In this document: in pieces, positions 1-13,111 of the stretch | Layout: every line of letters begins with the position of its first letter | Position numbering within the stretch: the stretch's first letter is position 1 | From: Callorhinchus milii | Taxonomy: Eukaryota | Assembly: GCF_018977255.1 (NCBI RefSeq) | Contig: NW_024704742.1 | Location: 39,930,001-39,994,000, forward strand | Direction: 5' to 3' | DNA: 64,000 nt | The notes under the pieces: generated by a model | Database searches by the model: none | What the model was told of the DNA's origin: nothing | The model's input: only the letters and a program-made list of their open reading frames with translations | Translations under genes and position numbers: made by a program

Positions 1-1369
1 AAATTGCCGTCAATCCCTTTGCCCTCAGATCCTAAAAAAACACTACCATTCAATCTATGCTCCCATCCCTCATTTTCTTCGATCTCATATTCCCCTTTAC
101 ACACAGTATATAATTGGCCACTGATCAGCCCATTGTGCTAATCTGTTTAAATCCTCTTGTGTTCTCTTGTCATCCGCATTACTCTCAGACAATCAAGTAG
201 CTGGAGTAGAATCCATAATACTGTAGGTAGATTATTCAGTCTGTGGAAGGAAGGTCTTGATACACTGTATGGCCTTTTCTCTTTCATGCTTTTCTATGAT
301 ACACAATGTAAAAAGGAGATTCTCCTGGTATTCTGACCAACAATTCTCCAGATAATAGTGATCATTCACTTCCTTTTCACCAACAAAACTCAGTCACTGC
401 ACTTTACAGTATATCAGTATATCCTGTGATACATTTTGGGACGTCCTCCAGACATGAAAGGCGCTATACCAAATGTAAGGATTGGTATTATTTTACATTA
501 AAGGTGTTAGCCATCTGTAACTCTTCAAAAATTAAAGAGTTACGGATGATAAAATACTCAGAAAACACTTGATGCAATTTGGCTGTCATTCAGTTAACTG
601 ATTGTTGGAGGCGGCTCGCATTTTACCCTGAATGCAAGGCATCGAGTTAGACATAAGTATGTGTTTGATTCAATCTTTTTTAATTGCCTCTTTTGCCAGT
701 CAAACAATAGGTCTTCTATTACCGTGGCTGCCATTGTCACCGTGTGACAGTGTAACCAAGACCCATTGAAAATTAGTCAGGAGGTTTGTTCGTGAAAAGG
801 GATAGAAAGCAGACCTGTAGTTGTAACCAAATTATATAGGGCTTCCTTTAGTGAGTCTATTTTTGACTGCTTTATGCAAATAAGGAATATGCATTTTTAT
901 TCTTATATCACTATTGAACTCCACTTGAAGCTTTACCTATCCTAACTCACGCCTCTCCTATACCCCTCTATCTCTTCTGTCTGTCGTGTACAATTGAAAA
1001 GGTTTCAAAGAGGAACCACTCTGACTCTGGGACTTAGGGCTTTAACTCAGAGAACTAGATCTGTTTCCATTACAAAAAGATTAAAAGGTCACATAATCCA
1101 GGTTTTTAAAATGCTGAGAGCAATGTAGCTGCAAACTGTGTTTAAGTGGTTCTGTGAGAATAGTGCTGGAGGACGTAAGCAATAAACCAAGATAACTTAA
1201 ACAATGCTTCAGCTTAGAAAGATTCACCTACCCCCCACGCGCCCCACCACAAACACACACAGACACATTTTTGGGACATCAGGAATATATTCTTAGATAA
1301 AGCATTGAATGCTGTGTCGATTGATGCATTAAAAAAGGGTTGAGTATGGGAGAAGAGGAGAGAGAGAAC

Positions 1370-1741
1370 AATAATAATAATAATAATAATCCTTGCATTT
1401 GATATAGCGCTTTTAATAATAATAATAATAATAATAATCCTTGCATTTGATATAGCGCGTTTCACATCGGGAGGACGTCCCAAAGCGCTTCACTGAACAC
1501 ACTGTAAAGTGAATTGATTGTATATTTGTGTGCGAAACGCGGCAGCCAATTTCGCACAGCAATGTCCCACAAACAGTCGTAGATTGAAAATGACCAATTT
1601 ATTATTGTTTTGTTTTTGGAGGGATTATTATTAGGCGTGTGGAGTAAGGAAACTTGCCCAAGGTTTCGCCCTGCCTGGAATTGAACCCGGGTGTCTCACT
1701 TGCAAGACGAGTGCTCTAACCACTGAGCTACAGGACTCCAC
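1370..1741 (-). mobile_element. tRNA-headed Deu-domain SINE, short subfamily, with a duplicated 3' terminus
   Basis: Minus strand begins GTGGAGTCCTGTAGCTCAGTGGTTAGAGCAC (A box) and GGTTCAATTCC (B box), contains CTGTTTGTGGGACATTGCTGTGCG, has an L2-like 3' end and a (TTA)n tail. Near-identical copies at 9682, 30411 and 62940. Confidence 0.9.
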
Positions 1742-2795
1742 AACAACAACAAAATGAGATTTCTATAGCGCCTTTCACATCGGGAGGACGTCGGGAAGGC
1801 GCTGGACAGTCAGTGTTTCGGACTCGAGCTGGGGGTCAGGATTGGGGAGGGTGGAGGGCAGGGAGGGAAGCAGGGTGATTGAAAGCAGTCGAACAGGAGG
1901 GACTTGAGATGGGTCTTCAAGGAGGCAAGGGAGCGGGCAAGGCAGAGGGACTGCAGGATGGAGTTCTAGAGGGTGAGGGCAGAGTGGCAGAAGGCCCGCC
2001 AGCCAATGGTGGGGTGGGCGAGGTGGGGGAACGTGAAGCAGGCCGGAGCCTGCTGAGCGGCGGAAGCGTGCAGGATGGTAGGGGGTTAGGATGTCACAGA
2101 GGTAGGGGGGAGCAAGGCCATGGAGGGCTTTCAAGGTGAGGACCAGGATCTTGAACTATATTCTCTGTGTGATGGGAAGCCAGTGAAGTCCGGCAAGGAT
2201 GGGGGTGATAGAGTCATGGAGCCTGGTGCAGGAAAGGACACGGGCTGAAAAGTTCTGGATAATCTGCAGCCTTTGGAGGGAGGAGCTGGGGTGGCCGACA
2301 AGCAAGGAGTTTGCATAGTCAAGTCTCGAGGTTATAAATGTGTGCATGAAGGTTTCAGTGGCCTGCGATGTGAGACAGTGGCGGAGCCGGGCGATGTTGT
2401 GGAGGTGGAGGAAGGCAGAGCAGGTCATGCACGGATGTGGGGTAGAAAGGATAGTTGAAGGTCAAACAAGACCCCAAAGTTCCGGACTGGCTTAATAAGG
2501 TGGAGTTTGCATCCATGGGTGGTGATGTTGTCAGCATCTAAGGTATAGAGGCACTGACGGGAGCTGATCAGGAGAACCTCTGTCTTGTTGACGTTCAACT
2601 GAAGAAAGTTAGCTCTCATTCAGGACTTGATGTCCGACAGACATTCTGTCAGGACAGCAGTGGTCTTGAGTCAAGGGTGGAGGCAGAGAGGTACAGTTGG
2701 GTGTCATCCGCATACATGTGGAAGTTGACCCCATGTCACCAAGAGGGAGCAAAAAGATATTGAAGAGGAGGGGGCCAAGAACAGAGCCCTGAGCC
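1741..2795 (-). mobile_element. L2-clade LINE, 5'-truncated and degenerate
   Basis: ORF fragments FLQLNVNKTEVLLI, HTFITSRLDYANSLL, HWLPITQRI and KALHGLAPPYL match the L2 ORF2 C-terminus; (TTG)n tail at 1741-1752. Confidence 0.9.
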
Positions 2796-2811
2796 CTTAG
2801 AATTAAATGTG

Positions 2812-3200
2812 TGTCAGCCTGGCGTAGTGGTAGCACTCACTTCGAATCAGAAGTTTTGTGGGTTCAAACTCTCTGTTGAGACTTGGACTCACATAATCTA
2901 AACTGAGACTCCAAAGCAGTGCTAGATGAGACATTGAACTGAGATCCCATTTCCCTCTTCAGGTACAAGTTAAAGATCCAATGGTACTTTTTGAAAAGAG
3001 AAGGAAGTTTTTCCCGGTGTCCTTGTCAACAAACCCTTAAATAAAATTGGTTATTCATTTCAAGGCTATTTGTGAGACATTGCTGTTGCAAATTGGCTGC
3101 TATGTTCACCCACAAATATAGACAATTCACTTTAGAGTAAATCCCATAAAGCACTTTGGGATATCCTCCCAACATAAAAATCACTGCAAGGATCATAATT
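2812..3200 (+). mobile_element. Older Deu-domain SINE (SacSINE1/AmnSINE1-like)
   Basis: Head GTCAGCCTGGCGTAGTGGTAGCACTC...GTGGGTTCAA, body GATGAGACATTGAACTGAG...AAAGATCC, Deu-like core TTTGTGAGACATTGCTGTTGCAAATTGGCTGC. Confidence 0.75.
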
Positions 3201-3299
3201 ATTATGATTATTATTATTCTAATATAAATGCTGCAGGAGACATGACAGTTCTTACTGTGATTATAAAAGTCTTGTATCAAGAAAGGCAGGGACTATGAC

Positions 3300-3463
3300 A
3301 ATCCATGACTGTTGGTGGGACACTGCTGTGCACAATTGGCTGCCGCGTTTCGCCCACAAAATTTTTAGTCAATTCACTTTACAATATATTTTGTGATGTG
3401 CTTTGAGTTATCTCGAAGACGTGATAAGGACCTATATCAAATGCAAGGATTATTATTATTATT
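3300..3463 (+). mobile_element. SINE 3' half
   Basis: GGGACACTGCTGTGCACAATTGGCTGCCGCGTTTCGCCCAC...CAAATGCAAGGA(TTA)n. Confidence 0.85.
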
Positions 3464-3609
3464 ATCTTGGACTCTGCTTGATTTTACTGTTGAGGGACAA
3501 GAACATTTTTTGCAGAACTTTTGCTCATCAGACATAGATGTACACAATTTGTGAGGCTACTGTTTATCATACTCATCAACACTCACTTCCTAGGTGTATC
3601 ATTTTGGTT

Positions 3610-3900
3610 CTGCTGGTAATACTCTCACCTAAGAATCAGTACATTGTGGGTTCAAGTCCTGTGTTTGGGACTTTGAGCTCATGGTTTAGACTGCCACTCC
3701 AATGCATTGTGCTGCATTGTTGGAGGTACCATCCTTCAGATGAAATGTTAAACTGAAGTCTTGTCTGCCTGCTCAGGTGGTTACTAAATAATTAGTCATT
3801 TACTTCATGTAGAACGTTGTGTGTAAATTGTCTGCTGTGCTTGTCTTTAAAAGCACTACACTTTTGAGTTTTTTTTAATGTGATAAATTGCTATATCAAG
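3610..3900 (+). mobile_element. Degenerate older Deu-domain SINE
   Basis: GTGGGTTCAAGTCC B box and GATGAAATGTTAAACTGAAG...GTCTGCCTGCTCAGGTGG, similar to 2812-3200. Confidence 0.6.
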
Positions 3901-4389
3901 CATTATTTTATTATTTACAATTTTCCATTTGATTTCCTCATGACACTTCATCTGGTTAAATTCATGTTGCAGAGATGTTGGAACCCGGGCTTTTAATTGG
4001 TTGCAAAACTATTTATCCCTCCTTCAGATTGAGCAGGGGAGACAGATTTAAAATTTGTAACAATCTTTTGGAAAAATAACTAATTGTAACAGATTTGAGG
4101 TAAAATAGTTCAGAAAGAGTAAAAACTAACAAGTTCAAAACAACAATTATTATTTCTTATTATTTGTTTTTAAACTTGATTTTAATATTTATTTTAGTAA
4201 TTTATTATGTTGATATTTACAGTAAAGGTATTCCTGAATTTGGAGTGGTTGAAATTATCTGTCCCATCCTATTGTTTTATAATGCTGTATTATAAATATT
4301 GCAAGAATGATTACTTTCATTATATAAACTGAAAATGTTAAGTGGGTAGACACCAACCTACCAGTCTAACCATTAATATTATTAATATA

Positions 4390-4815
4390 GCAATTTGTGC
4401 ATCCAATATAGTGCCTTTCACATCAGGAGATATCTCAAAGCACTTCATATAAACTTATTATAAAGTGTAATTACTGTATTTGTAGGCAAATGCAACAGCC
4501 AATTTGCATACTGCAATGTCCCTAACTATGAAGCAAATAATTAATTTTACCTGTGAGATTGGTGGTCAGGATACTGGTGGAATCTTCCTTCTCATTTCAA
4601 ATTGTGCAGTGGGTATTTTGACATCCACCTGAACAGGCAGATGAGAGACCTCAGTTTAACATCTCATCCAAAGGACAACACTTTCAACAATGCAGAATCC
4701 CCCAGCACTGCATTGGAGTGTCATCTTAGATTGAGTTCAAAGTCCCAACATGGTGTCTGAACCCACAAACTTCAGACTCAGAGATGAGAGTGCTACCAAC
4801 TGGGCCAGGCTGATA
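4390..4815 (-). mobile_element. Older Deu-domain SINE, near full length
   Basis: Reverse complement matches the head, body and L2-like tail of 2812-3200. Confidence 0.75.
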
Positions 4816-5589
4816 CCTGCATCAAGTGAAATGGTATGTGTTGCAGATTTGTTAACCAGACCTTCTCAGAGTTAATCTCTGGATGAAACAACTCTTTTAA
4901 AGGAAAGACTTGTATATTTGATAATCATACGTTAACAATAGTAGCTTCCCGTCTGAAACAAACAAATACACATATTACATTATGAGGATTCCCTCAAGCT
5001 TCTCCAAACTGCAACATTATATGTTAACCTGTCGGGATAAATTGATTGTGTTTCCTTAATTCCTTGCATAATTAAAATGAAATTGGTCGTACTTAATTGC
5101 TGGTGAAACGTGAAACTGAGCAACATGAGTGATAGAAGGGACATGTACTAAACTGTACTATTTGTGCCACATGGTCTTATCAACCACCTACAACCTACAG
5201 AGCCAGCTGGGAGCCCCCAATCCCAGGGGGGNATTGAGACATCCTCTCCATGTGAAAGGTGCGATATGAAGGTAAAATTGGTGTTATTCATATTGAGTTT
5301 GTTCAGCATTCAAAATACCATAACAAAAAGAAAAAGTTGTATTATCTTTACAGTTGTGTTGGATTTAATTTCAAATATATAAACGTTAGAAAACAAGTTT
5401 AAAATTCTAATTTTCTCATTTTCTAAACTGCTTTCATGAGTGTCACTGCAGTGAAGATAAGTAGTCTTATATTTTTTTCCATCTGTTTTGTGCTTTGGAC
5501 AAAAAACATCTGGTCCTCTGGACAAAACAGATCTAATCTGTTAATCTAATAACTAGATTAGATCAGATGGCTACTCATGTAGAGTCAAG

Positions 5590-7168
5590 CTGCTGAATGA
5601 CAATTCCTCCACAGCCTTTATTTCCCTGGCTCCCCTGAAATCCAGGGCTGTTTCCAAACCCACCCGCTCCCCCGGTACATGCAACAGTCATCTCTGCTCA
5701 CTTAAAACCCAAACCCAGACGTTCGAGCGCTGAAAATCCGGCCTCACGATTCACCGCCAGCTGTGGCTCGAGCAGCTCCTCACCTGCTGCCTCTCCCTAT
5801 CACAGGCCCAAACTAACTTTTACTCCAAAGTCATCCTGGAGACCAAAAACAACCCAAAGACATTGATTTCCACCATCCATCACCTCCTCTGTGCACCCCC
5901 TCCTTCTATCCTCACATCAAATGCTAAGTGTGAAGAGGTCCCTAGACTTCTTTGCCTCAAAAATTGAAAACATCCACTTGATTGCATCGTCCTCTCCCCT
6001 TCCCCCACCCCCATGTTCCCTTTCACCCCACCCACATCATCCACACCGTATTTTCCCTCCGCCTTAGTGGGACCATAATCGCATGGTTCAAGTCCTATTA
6101 AACCAACCGCTTACACTTCATCTCAGTAAATGGTTTCTCCTCCCACCCCCACCCGGTCACTTGCAGGGTACCCTAGGGCTCCATCCTTGGCCCTCTTCAT
6201 TTCCTTATCTATATGCTCGCTCTGGGTCATGTCAGCTGCAGACACGGGGTAAACTTCTACACGTATGTGGATGACACAAAAAATCCACTTTGCCTCCTCC
6301 AGCATCGACTGCAGGTCCACCGATGTTCTGTCAGCTTGTCTGGCAGACATCAGGGATGAGTGCAAACTTCCCGCAGCTGAATGTGGACAAGACAGAAGCC
6401 ATACTCCTTGGCTCCCATCACCGTCTTCACTCCTGCAGATCTGCACTCCTCAACCTCCTTGGGCTCTCCCTCAGACTTACCGAACCAGTGCGCAACCTAG
6501 GCATCTGCTTCAACCTCCAGCTGCCTTCTTCCCCCACATCTGGTCCCTGACCACGATCACCTTCCTCCACCTTCGCCACATTGCCCACCTCCAAACGTAC
6601 CTTACCCGAAATGCAGCCAAAACCCTCATGCATGCGTTTATCACCTCTCGCCTGCATTAGTCAAACATACTCCTCGCCAGTCATCCCAACTCCACTAATC
6701 AAAAAATCCAGCTCATTCAGAACTCTGCTGCCCACATACTTTCCCAGACCAAACTCTGAACCCCCATCTCACCAGTTCTGGTCAGGCTCCACCAGCTCCC
6801 ATCACCGAACAGATTAACTTCAAGATCCTCACACTCGTGCTCAAATCCATTCACTCCCTGGTACCTCCCTACCTCTCCGACCTCCTCACTCCCCAATCCA
6901 CACCCGGCACCTCCGCTCAACTGGCACCGGCCTCCTGCTTATCCCTCATGCTTTCAGCCAAAATGCCCTGAAACTGTGGAACACTCTCCCTAAATCCCCA
7001 CCTTGCCCCCTCCTTTCCCTTTTTCCACTCCCACCTGAAAGCCTTCCTTTTTGACCGTGCTTACAGTCACTTCCCCTGCCACCCCCAGCTCAGACCAGGC
7101 TCCACTGTTAATCACCCTGAGATGCTACCCTGGGTGGAGGCCACCAAATAAGTGCAAGTTGTTGTTGT
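5590..7168 (+). mobile_element. L2-clade LINE fragment, degenerate
   Basis: RT-region remnants (QG-LGP-LF, YVDDT, QLNVDKTEAILLGS, HAFITSRL) and a (TTG)n tail near 7160. Confidence 0.85.
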
Positions 7169-7499
7169 AGAAACAGAGTATAGTTTTTGTAAGTTTTGTG
7201 AATTGTGTCAAAAAAGTTAACTGGAACAACAACAACAACAAAATTACATTTATAGAGCGCCTTTCACATCGGGAGGACATCCCAAAGCGCTCCCAAAACT
7301 AAATATAAAGATAAATGAATTAACCATTCCATTTACTGCAATTGTCAGCCTGACTTATAAAACAGTCAATTTTATAGCACTCTCATCTCAGAGTCCTAAG
7401 ATTGTGGGTTCAATATAACTTACTTGCTAAGGTTCTGAGTGTAGGCCCATAATAATAATCCTTGCATTTGCATAAGAAGCTCAGTCAAGGGTAACCCTG

Positions 7500-7632
7500 A
7501 TGGTGGACAGAGCTGCAGCTGAAATCTCGGCCTATGTTGAGTTTGCTGGTCTGAACCGTTATTACATGAGGCTAGATTTGCCTTGGACTTTCCAGGGTTA
7601 GGAAGGGGAAATCCAGTCAGGATTCCTGGTCT
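7500..7632 (+). repeat. Fragment of an old interspersed repeat, probably a SINE; family unassigned
   Basis: GAGTTTGCTGGTCTGA...GGGTTAGGAAGGGGAAATCCAGTCAGGATTCCTG resembles 34330-34430. Confidence 0.5.
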
Positions 7633-8020
7633 TTGGTTCAAATCATATCCCATTAAATAGATATTTTGAATTAGGCGGACATATACAGAACATAAAGTCT
7701 TCATTTTTATTCAGTCTGAAAATTTCAAATCTGTTTACATGTGGTACTTTGAGGTACTTGATTCTGTTGAGGACACAAAGTGGACATGGTTACAAACCAA
7801 TACACCATGCATTGTTTTCTAGTGTATTCCTTATCTGCATTGTATGTGGAATCACCAGGATAAACAATTATCAATGTCATTATTGCATTGCATTTCAACA
7901 ATGACGTAAATAAAAAGCAAATGAATTTAAACTGTTAGAGACAACATGTTTTCACAGATCGTTTGGAATGGGTATCTTATTTCTGAGCCATTTCTGGTTT
8001 AATTTATTTCATTTATTTTT

Positions 8021-8790
8021 GTCAGCCGGGTGTCTGACACATGCAAAAATACATCACCATGCTTAAGAGTATCTAAACCAAGCTGAGATTTCCATACATC
8101 CCACCTACACATGGAAATCCCAGAGATAGATTGTTGGAATGGAATGTGCACTCTCTTCCTGGAGAGACACATCCAGCTTACCTAATTCTGGAAAGTATTA
8201 GACTCAGGTTGGCAAGCGTCAAGGCTTTGGGATGCCAGAGTGTGCATTAAAAATAATAATAATAATAATAATAATCCTTGCATTTGATATAGCGCTTTTC
8301 ACATCTTCTAGACGTCTCAAAGCGCTTCACAGAATATACTGTAAAGTGAATTGACTGTATATTTGTGGGCGAAACGCGGCAGCCAATTGCACACAGCAGT
8401 GTCCCACAAACAGTCGTAGATTGAAAATGACCAATTTATTATTGTTTTTTGTTTTGGAGGGATTATTATTAGGCTTGTAGAGTAAGGAAACTTGCCCATG
8501 GAATTGAACTCAGGTCTCTCAGGGTACTCCTGAAGTCTAACCAGCTAAAACCGCAGAGTTTGCCAATTTTATTGCTGTCAAGCAAGCTTTCTGCTGCTTG
8601 TCCAGGTGGGACACCCTATCCATTAGGGCTTTGGCTTGCAGAGTTAACAGGAGCCTGCCCAAGTGACGGGTCTTCCCTTCCAGGTCCTGCTGATAAGCCA
8701 GACTGGCTGTGCTGTCATCAGCAGTGCCCTGGAATACTGTGGACCCGCCTTGCTCAGGAACTGGACTATCATGGGGTAGGCCAAGTGGGG
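8021..8790 (-). mobile_element. Unclassified interspersed repeat interrupted by a SINE
   Basis: Colinear with 39181-39660 once 8251-8522 is removed. Confidence 0.75.
8251..8522 (-). mobile_element. tRNA-headed SINE, short subfamily, 5'-truncated
   Basis: (TAA)n then CCTTGCATTTGATATAGCGC...GTAAGGAAACTTGCCC on the plus strand. Confidence 0.9.
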
Positions 8791-8794
8791 ACAT

Positions 8795-8992
8795 GGAGCA
8801 GGACGGAGCCTGCTGAGCAGATGGAGTGGACAGGTTGATAAGGGGTCAGCAGGTTGGAGAGGTAGGAGCGGGCAAGGCCATGGAAGGCCTTAAAGGTGAT
8901 GATGAGAATTTTGAACTATATCCTCTGAGGGATGGGAAGCCAGTGGAGCCGGGCAAGGGTGGGTGTGATGGGGTCACGGAGCCTGGTGCACG
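8795..8992 (-). mobile_element. L2 fragment
   Basis: Encodes an LHWLPIPQRI/FKILII-like segment on the minus strand. Confidence 0.75.
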
Positions 8993-9681
8993 GAAATGGT
9001 TTCATTTAAAAATACAAAGAGTAAAATGAGTAATACAGTCTTCTATACTTTTTCCAAATTATACAGAGTATACATATAAAAAAGGCATTTGCACTAAAGA
9101 TGGCAAATTGTCAGCAATGGATGAACATACACACATCTCTTTTTTCTCTACACCTGTTGTTTTAGGGGAATTTGCCCCTTTTTTTCACAAAACTCTGTGA
9201 TATATCATAATATCAACAACGAAAGCAATTTTAGTTGAATTTAATGCTCAATTAATATTCCGGCAAGAACATGAACTCAGAAACGTGTCAACAGAAGGTC
9301 ATTTACCACAGTGATTGATGGATACCCTACAGTTTTACTGAAAATAGAGCAGCAAAATAAGTAGGGAGTATAATTCAGTGAAATAGCATGTATTATATAT
9401 GCATATATGGATCATCAAGTAAAAGGTATAAGAAAGAACAAAACTAAGTAAATTCATAGAATGATGGGAAACTGCAAAAATAACTTTATTTATTTGGCTC
9501 AATAAAGAAATTGTCAGATTAGTTTTCTAAAATAAATAATAGGTGGACCAGAACACATGATGTACAAAAACGTATTGTAATAGTAAACAGAATGCATCTT
9601 AATTCTTTACAAGCACTGATGTAAATCCTCTTATGTGAAATATTTTCACTTTATCATGATTATGCCAATTATTGATAAGAA

Positions 9682-10018
9682 TTAATAATAATCCTTGAAT
9701 AATAATAATCCTTGCATTTGATATAGCGCTTTTCACGTCGGGAGGACGTCCCAAAGCGCTTCACAGAACACACTGTAAAGTGAATTGACTGTATATTTGT
9801 GGGCGAACGCGGCAGCCAATTGCGCACAGCAATGTCCCACAAACAGTCGTAGATTGAAAATGACCAATTTATTATTGTTTTGGGTTTTGGAGGGATTATT
9901 ATTAGGCTCTGTGTGGAGTAAGGAAACTTGCCCAAGGTTTCGCCCTCTGCCTGGAATTGAACTCAGGTCTCTCGCTTGCAAAGCGAGTGCTCTAACCACT
10001 GAGCTACAGGACTCCACG
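9682..10018 (-). mobile_element. tRNA-headed SINE, short subfamily, full length
   Basis: Intact A and B boxes, Deu core, L2-like tail and (TTA)n. Confidence 0.92.
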
Positions 10019-10719
10019 AGTTAGTTGTTTATGTGAAGACATCTGATACTCTGTCAGAAACATGCATGTTAGAGAATACTGATTTATTCCCGGCAAGTAC
10101 TTTCAATGATTCGATGACCTTCAGGGTACTGCCATATTAATCTAGGAAGCTGTTTATTCAATTATAACTGTGGACATTTTTGTGTGCTTGAGGAGGACAA
10201 CTGAAAATGTGTTGTATTTTATGCTGTTCTGTTTTTTTCTATCCATAAATATAGTCACTGCATATTTTGTAGGCGAAAGCCTACAATTTATTAAAAACAG
10301 AGTTGTACCTGAAAGTGTTTTTTGGGGTTTACTTTCTCAATCCCATTTGCATCTAATAAGAGCAAATGTTTACTTAATCTTTCCTTGTAGTTCATATGTC
10401 TGGAAATTAGCCTTTTTACTCTTCTCTACATTTCCTCTCGGAATTGGATAGGCCTCCACATCTTGTGGTGATTGGATCTGTTGCCAGAAACTTTAAAGGA
10501 GATTGATGAAGTTCCGCTCTATGGGCAGTAACATATCTGGGAACTGAGTTCATCCCACATTGGACAGCTACTGGAAGTATCAGCAGAATATAAGGGCCAA
10601 ACTGGAGATGACCCCAAATGCTCAAGTGAAGAAAGTTCATTAACAGGCCAGCTCACAAATCTGTAAAAGCAGCAGCTTTTTTGTGGTCAGAGAGCTTTGA
10701 ACAGCTCACCAAGGACTAA

Positions 10720-11065
10720 ACATTTTGAAAGGCTTCGAGAGGATAAATAGTGCAAAGTTATTTCTGTTGGTTGTTAACCAATAACTGAGGGGAGAGGGAG
10801 TAAGTTTAGGTTTCACTGCCAGTGAAAGAGTTAAGGGGATGTTTGGAGAATGTTTTGAACACATAGGGGTTGTTACAAAATAGAATGTTTTACCACAAGT
10901 AGCTGTTGAAGCTTAGACCCTAACAACATTTAAATGGAAATTGGATAAATATTTAAAGAGGAACAATATAGAAGGGTCTGGAAAAAGGAACATGGAGTTG
11001 GAATTAAAGTAGTGAAGGAGTTGGCACAAGCATTTGCTCAATGGGCTAAGTAGCCTCCTTCTGAG
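10720..11065 (+). mobile_element. Degenerate CR1 LINE 3' end
   Basis: Similar to the 3' part of 37795-38298; ends AATGGGCTAAGTAGCCTCCTTCTG. Confidence 0.65.
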
Positions 11066-12074
11066 CAATCATTTTGATCATTTCCGATTGGTGCGTACAA
11101 AAGTCCCCTGATAAACATTAGCAACTTTTACGATACCTACAATGAATTAGATCTGCAAATCACCACCAATTTGTAACTATCTGATTTACAGTTTTGTACT
11201 AATCTTCAATGAACTCTATTCTTGTTGATATTACGTCCACTATTGTAATTCACTTTGTTTAATTATAGAACAATCCTCAGTCTTTCATGGTTATTGCCAA
11301 AATATCTTGAGTTAAACCAGTTTCTCTCATCTTTTATTCGGCTTACTGAAAAGAATCCACACACTTGGGTTTTCACGCAGTGCAATAAATCTCATTGCAA
11401 CATTTGTAAAGAATGTCAAAGAAAAGTGCTTAAACATAAAAATTAGTCTAAACAACTTACAAGACCTTTATACTATTGACTTAAATGATGAACATGTTAA
11501 ATTCCAGCAAAAGAACAAATATTAACATTCTCTTCCTTCAGGAATCTTCCATAGTTTATATCATTAAAGTAATCTTTTTACATGAGTCTCAGTGCTAAAC
11601 ATCCCATTAAATTAACAAGTGCCCTTAGTCAAATTATGCAAACATTTCTGTGCTCTGAAAAAAAACCCTTCAAAGTAGAATTTTTATTGCAGGCTTGTTT
11701 AATAGCAGAGGATTTCTATATAAGGAATCTGTAAGAACACTAGAGTAAAGAATGAATGCTTCCAGGACCAACATTGACTTCTTAAGATAGTTTTCATTTC
11801 CAAGCACAATATGTGTTACGCATGACATACATTTTTGAATTTCCTTTTTAAGTTTCTAAAACAGAAATCCTTCATGTATTTTGTTACTAATCTGTTTTGT
11901 TTTCTTTTGTGTTGCAAGAGAATGTAAAATAATCATTTAATGCCTGCATTCATTTCTAATGTTCTAGCAGTTTTTTTTGTTCTGTTACAAAAATGCACAT
12001 AACTTTGTTAAAATATTTCAGGATTGTGTCAAATAAATTGCCTCAAAATGAACTGTTACTTCCACTTACAACTT

Positions 12075-12256
12075 AATGTGCATATATTGCCAATCTACAC
12101 AGATTATTGTTAATGTGCGCATATTATTACCAATTATATTATTACTTATTGTTATTTCATATATTATTGCCAAAGCACACATATTGTCAATACATACAGA
12201 TTACCAAAGCACACATATTATTGTGAATGCTCACCTATTGTCAATACATATATTCT
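12075..12256. repeat. Degenerate minisatellite with ~16-20 bp units
   Basis: Recurrent CATAT(T)ATTG(C/T)CAA(T/A)GCACA-like units. Confidence 0.6.
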
Positions 12257-13111
12257 GTATGTTTCTATGTTAGAACTCTATTGTCGTAGACAGAGAGCTA
12301 GATGTACAAAAACAATACCTTATTTACTACAACAAGTTGCATTTTTAGAGTCTCCCTCATGCAGGTAGCGTCTTGAAGATAAGGGTATCCCATTATGGGT
12401 AGAATGATAGTTACATGTATGTCTTGTTTACATGGCTATCTGGCTTAAAAATTCAATGGATAGTGAATTGGTTACTGACAACATAGAAAAGCCATTGAAT
12501 GTGCATGATTTAGAATGTAGGTCATCACTGTGTATTGTCCTTCTTTGCAAAGAGTCTAAACAGTGTTTGATGTTTGATTGTGAATGACTAATTGCTGAAA
12601 TTACAGTACATATATCTTTGTTTAAGATAATAATTTTCCCGGTTGTCATACTCCTCTGCTATACAATCACACATGTTTCACTGTCTTAAATGTCAGCTCT
12701 TCTACATGATGGCAAACAGCTTTCTAAATATAGTTGTCTCCTCTTAAGAACAACTTGACATTTTCAACAAGAAATGTACTCTTAGCTGAGTTTGCTCTTA
12801 TCCAGAAGTCACTTTTTATTGAAAGGAATTATTCTCAATGTTGTCAGATAGAGGTGTGTCACTCACTGTCTTGTATAAAAATGTTCGAGACATTCTCAAA
12901 CATTAAGAAGCAACGTATTATTCAATCCTGGCCCGCTGTCCCTCTTGCAGACAACATCCCTTCATGATTTCAGGTGCACAAAAAGAATTGCACCTTGTGG
13001 AATATTTGTCTGTTTCAGGTCAAATCCATCCTATGAGTTCCAGCTCTGTTTCTTCAGCTGCTTTTTGAAGTAGTTATGGATTCAACTTTAACTGGTGACT
13101 TGGATGAGATA

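Noticed and set aside
1214..1483. ORF with poly-isoleucine runs resembling a membrane protein
   Set aside because: Translation of (TTA)n SINE tails.
5529..5565. Short imperfect palindrome GATCTAATCT...AGATTAGATC
   Set aside because: Only 10-bp AT-rich arms, which is plausible by chance in 64 kb.
12075..12256. Repeat array as a CRISPR-like structure
   Set aside because: Degenerate adjacent units without unique spacers, in a vertebrate context.
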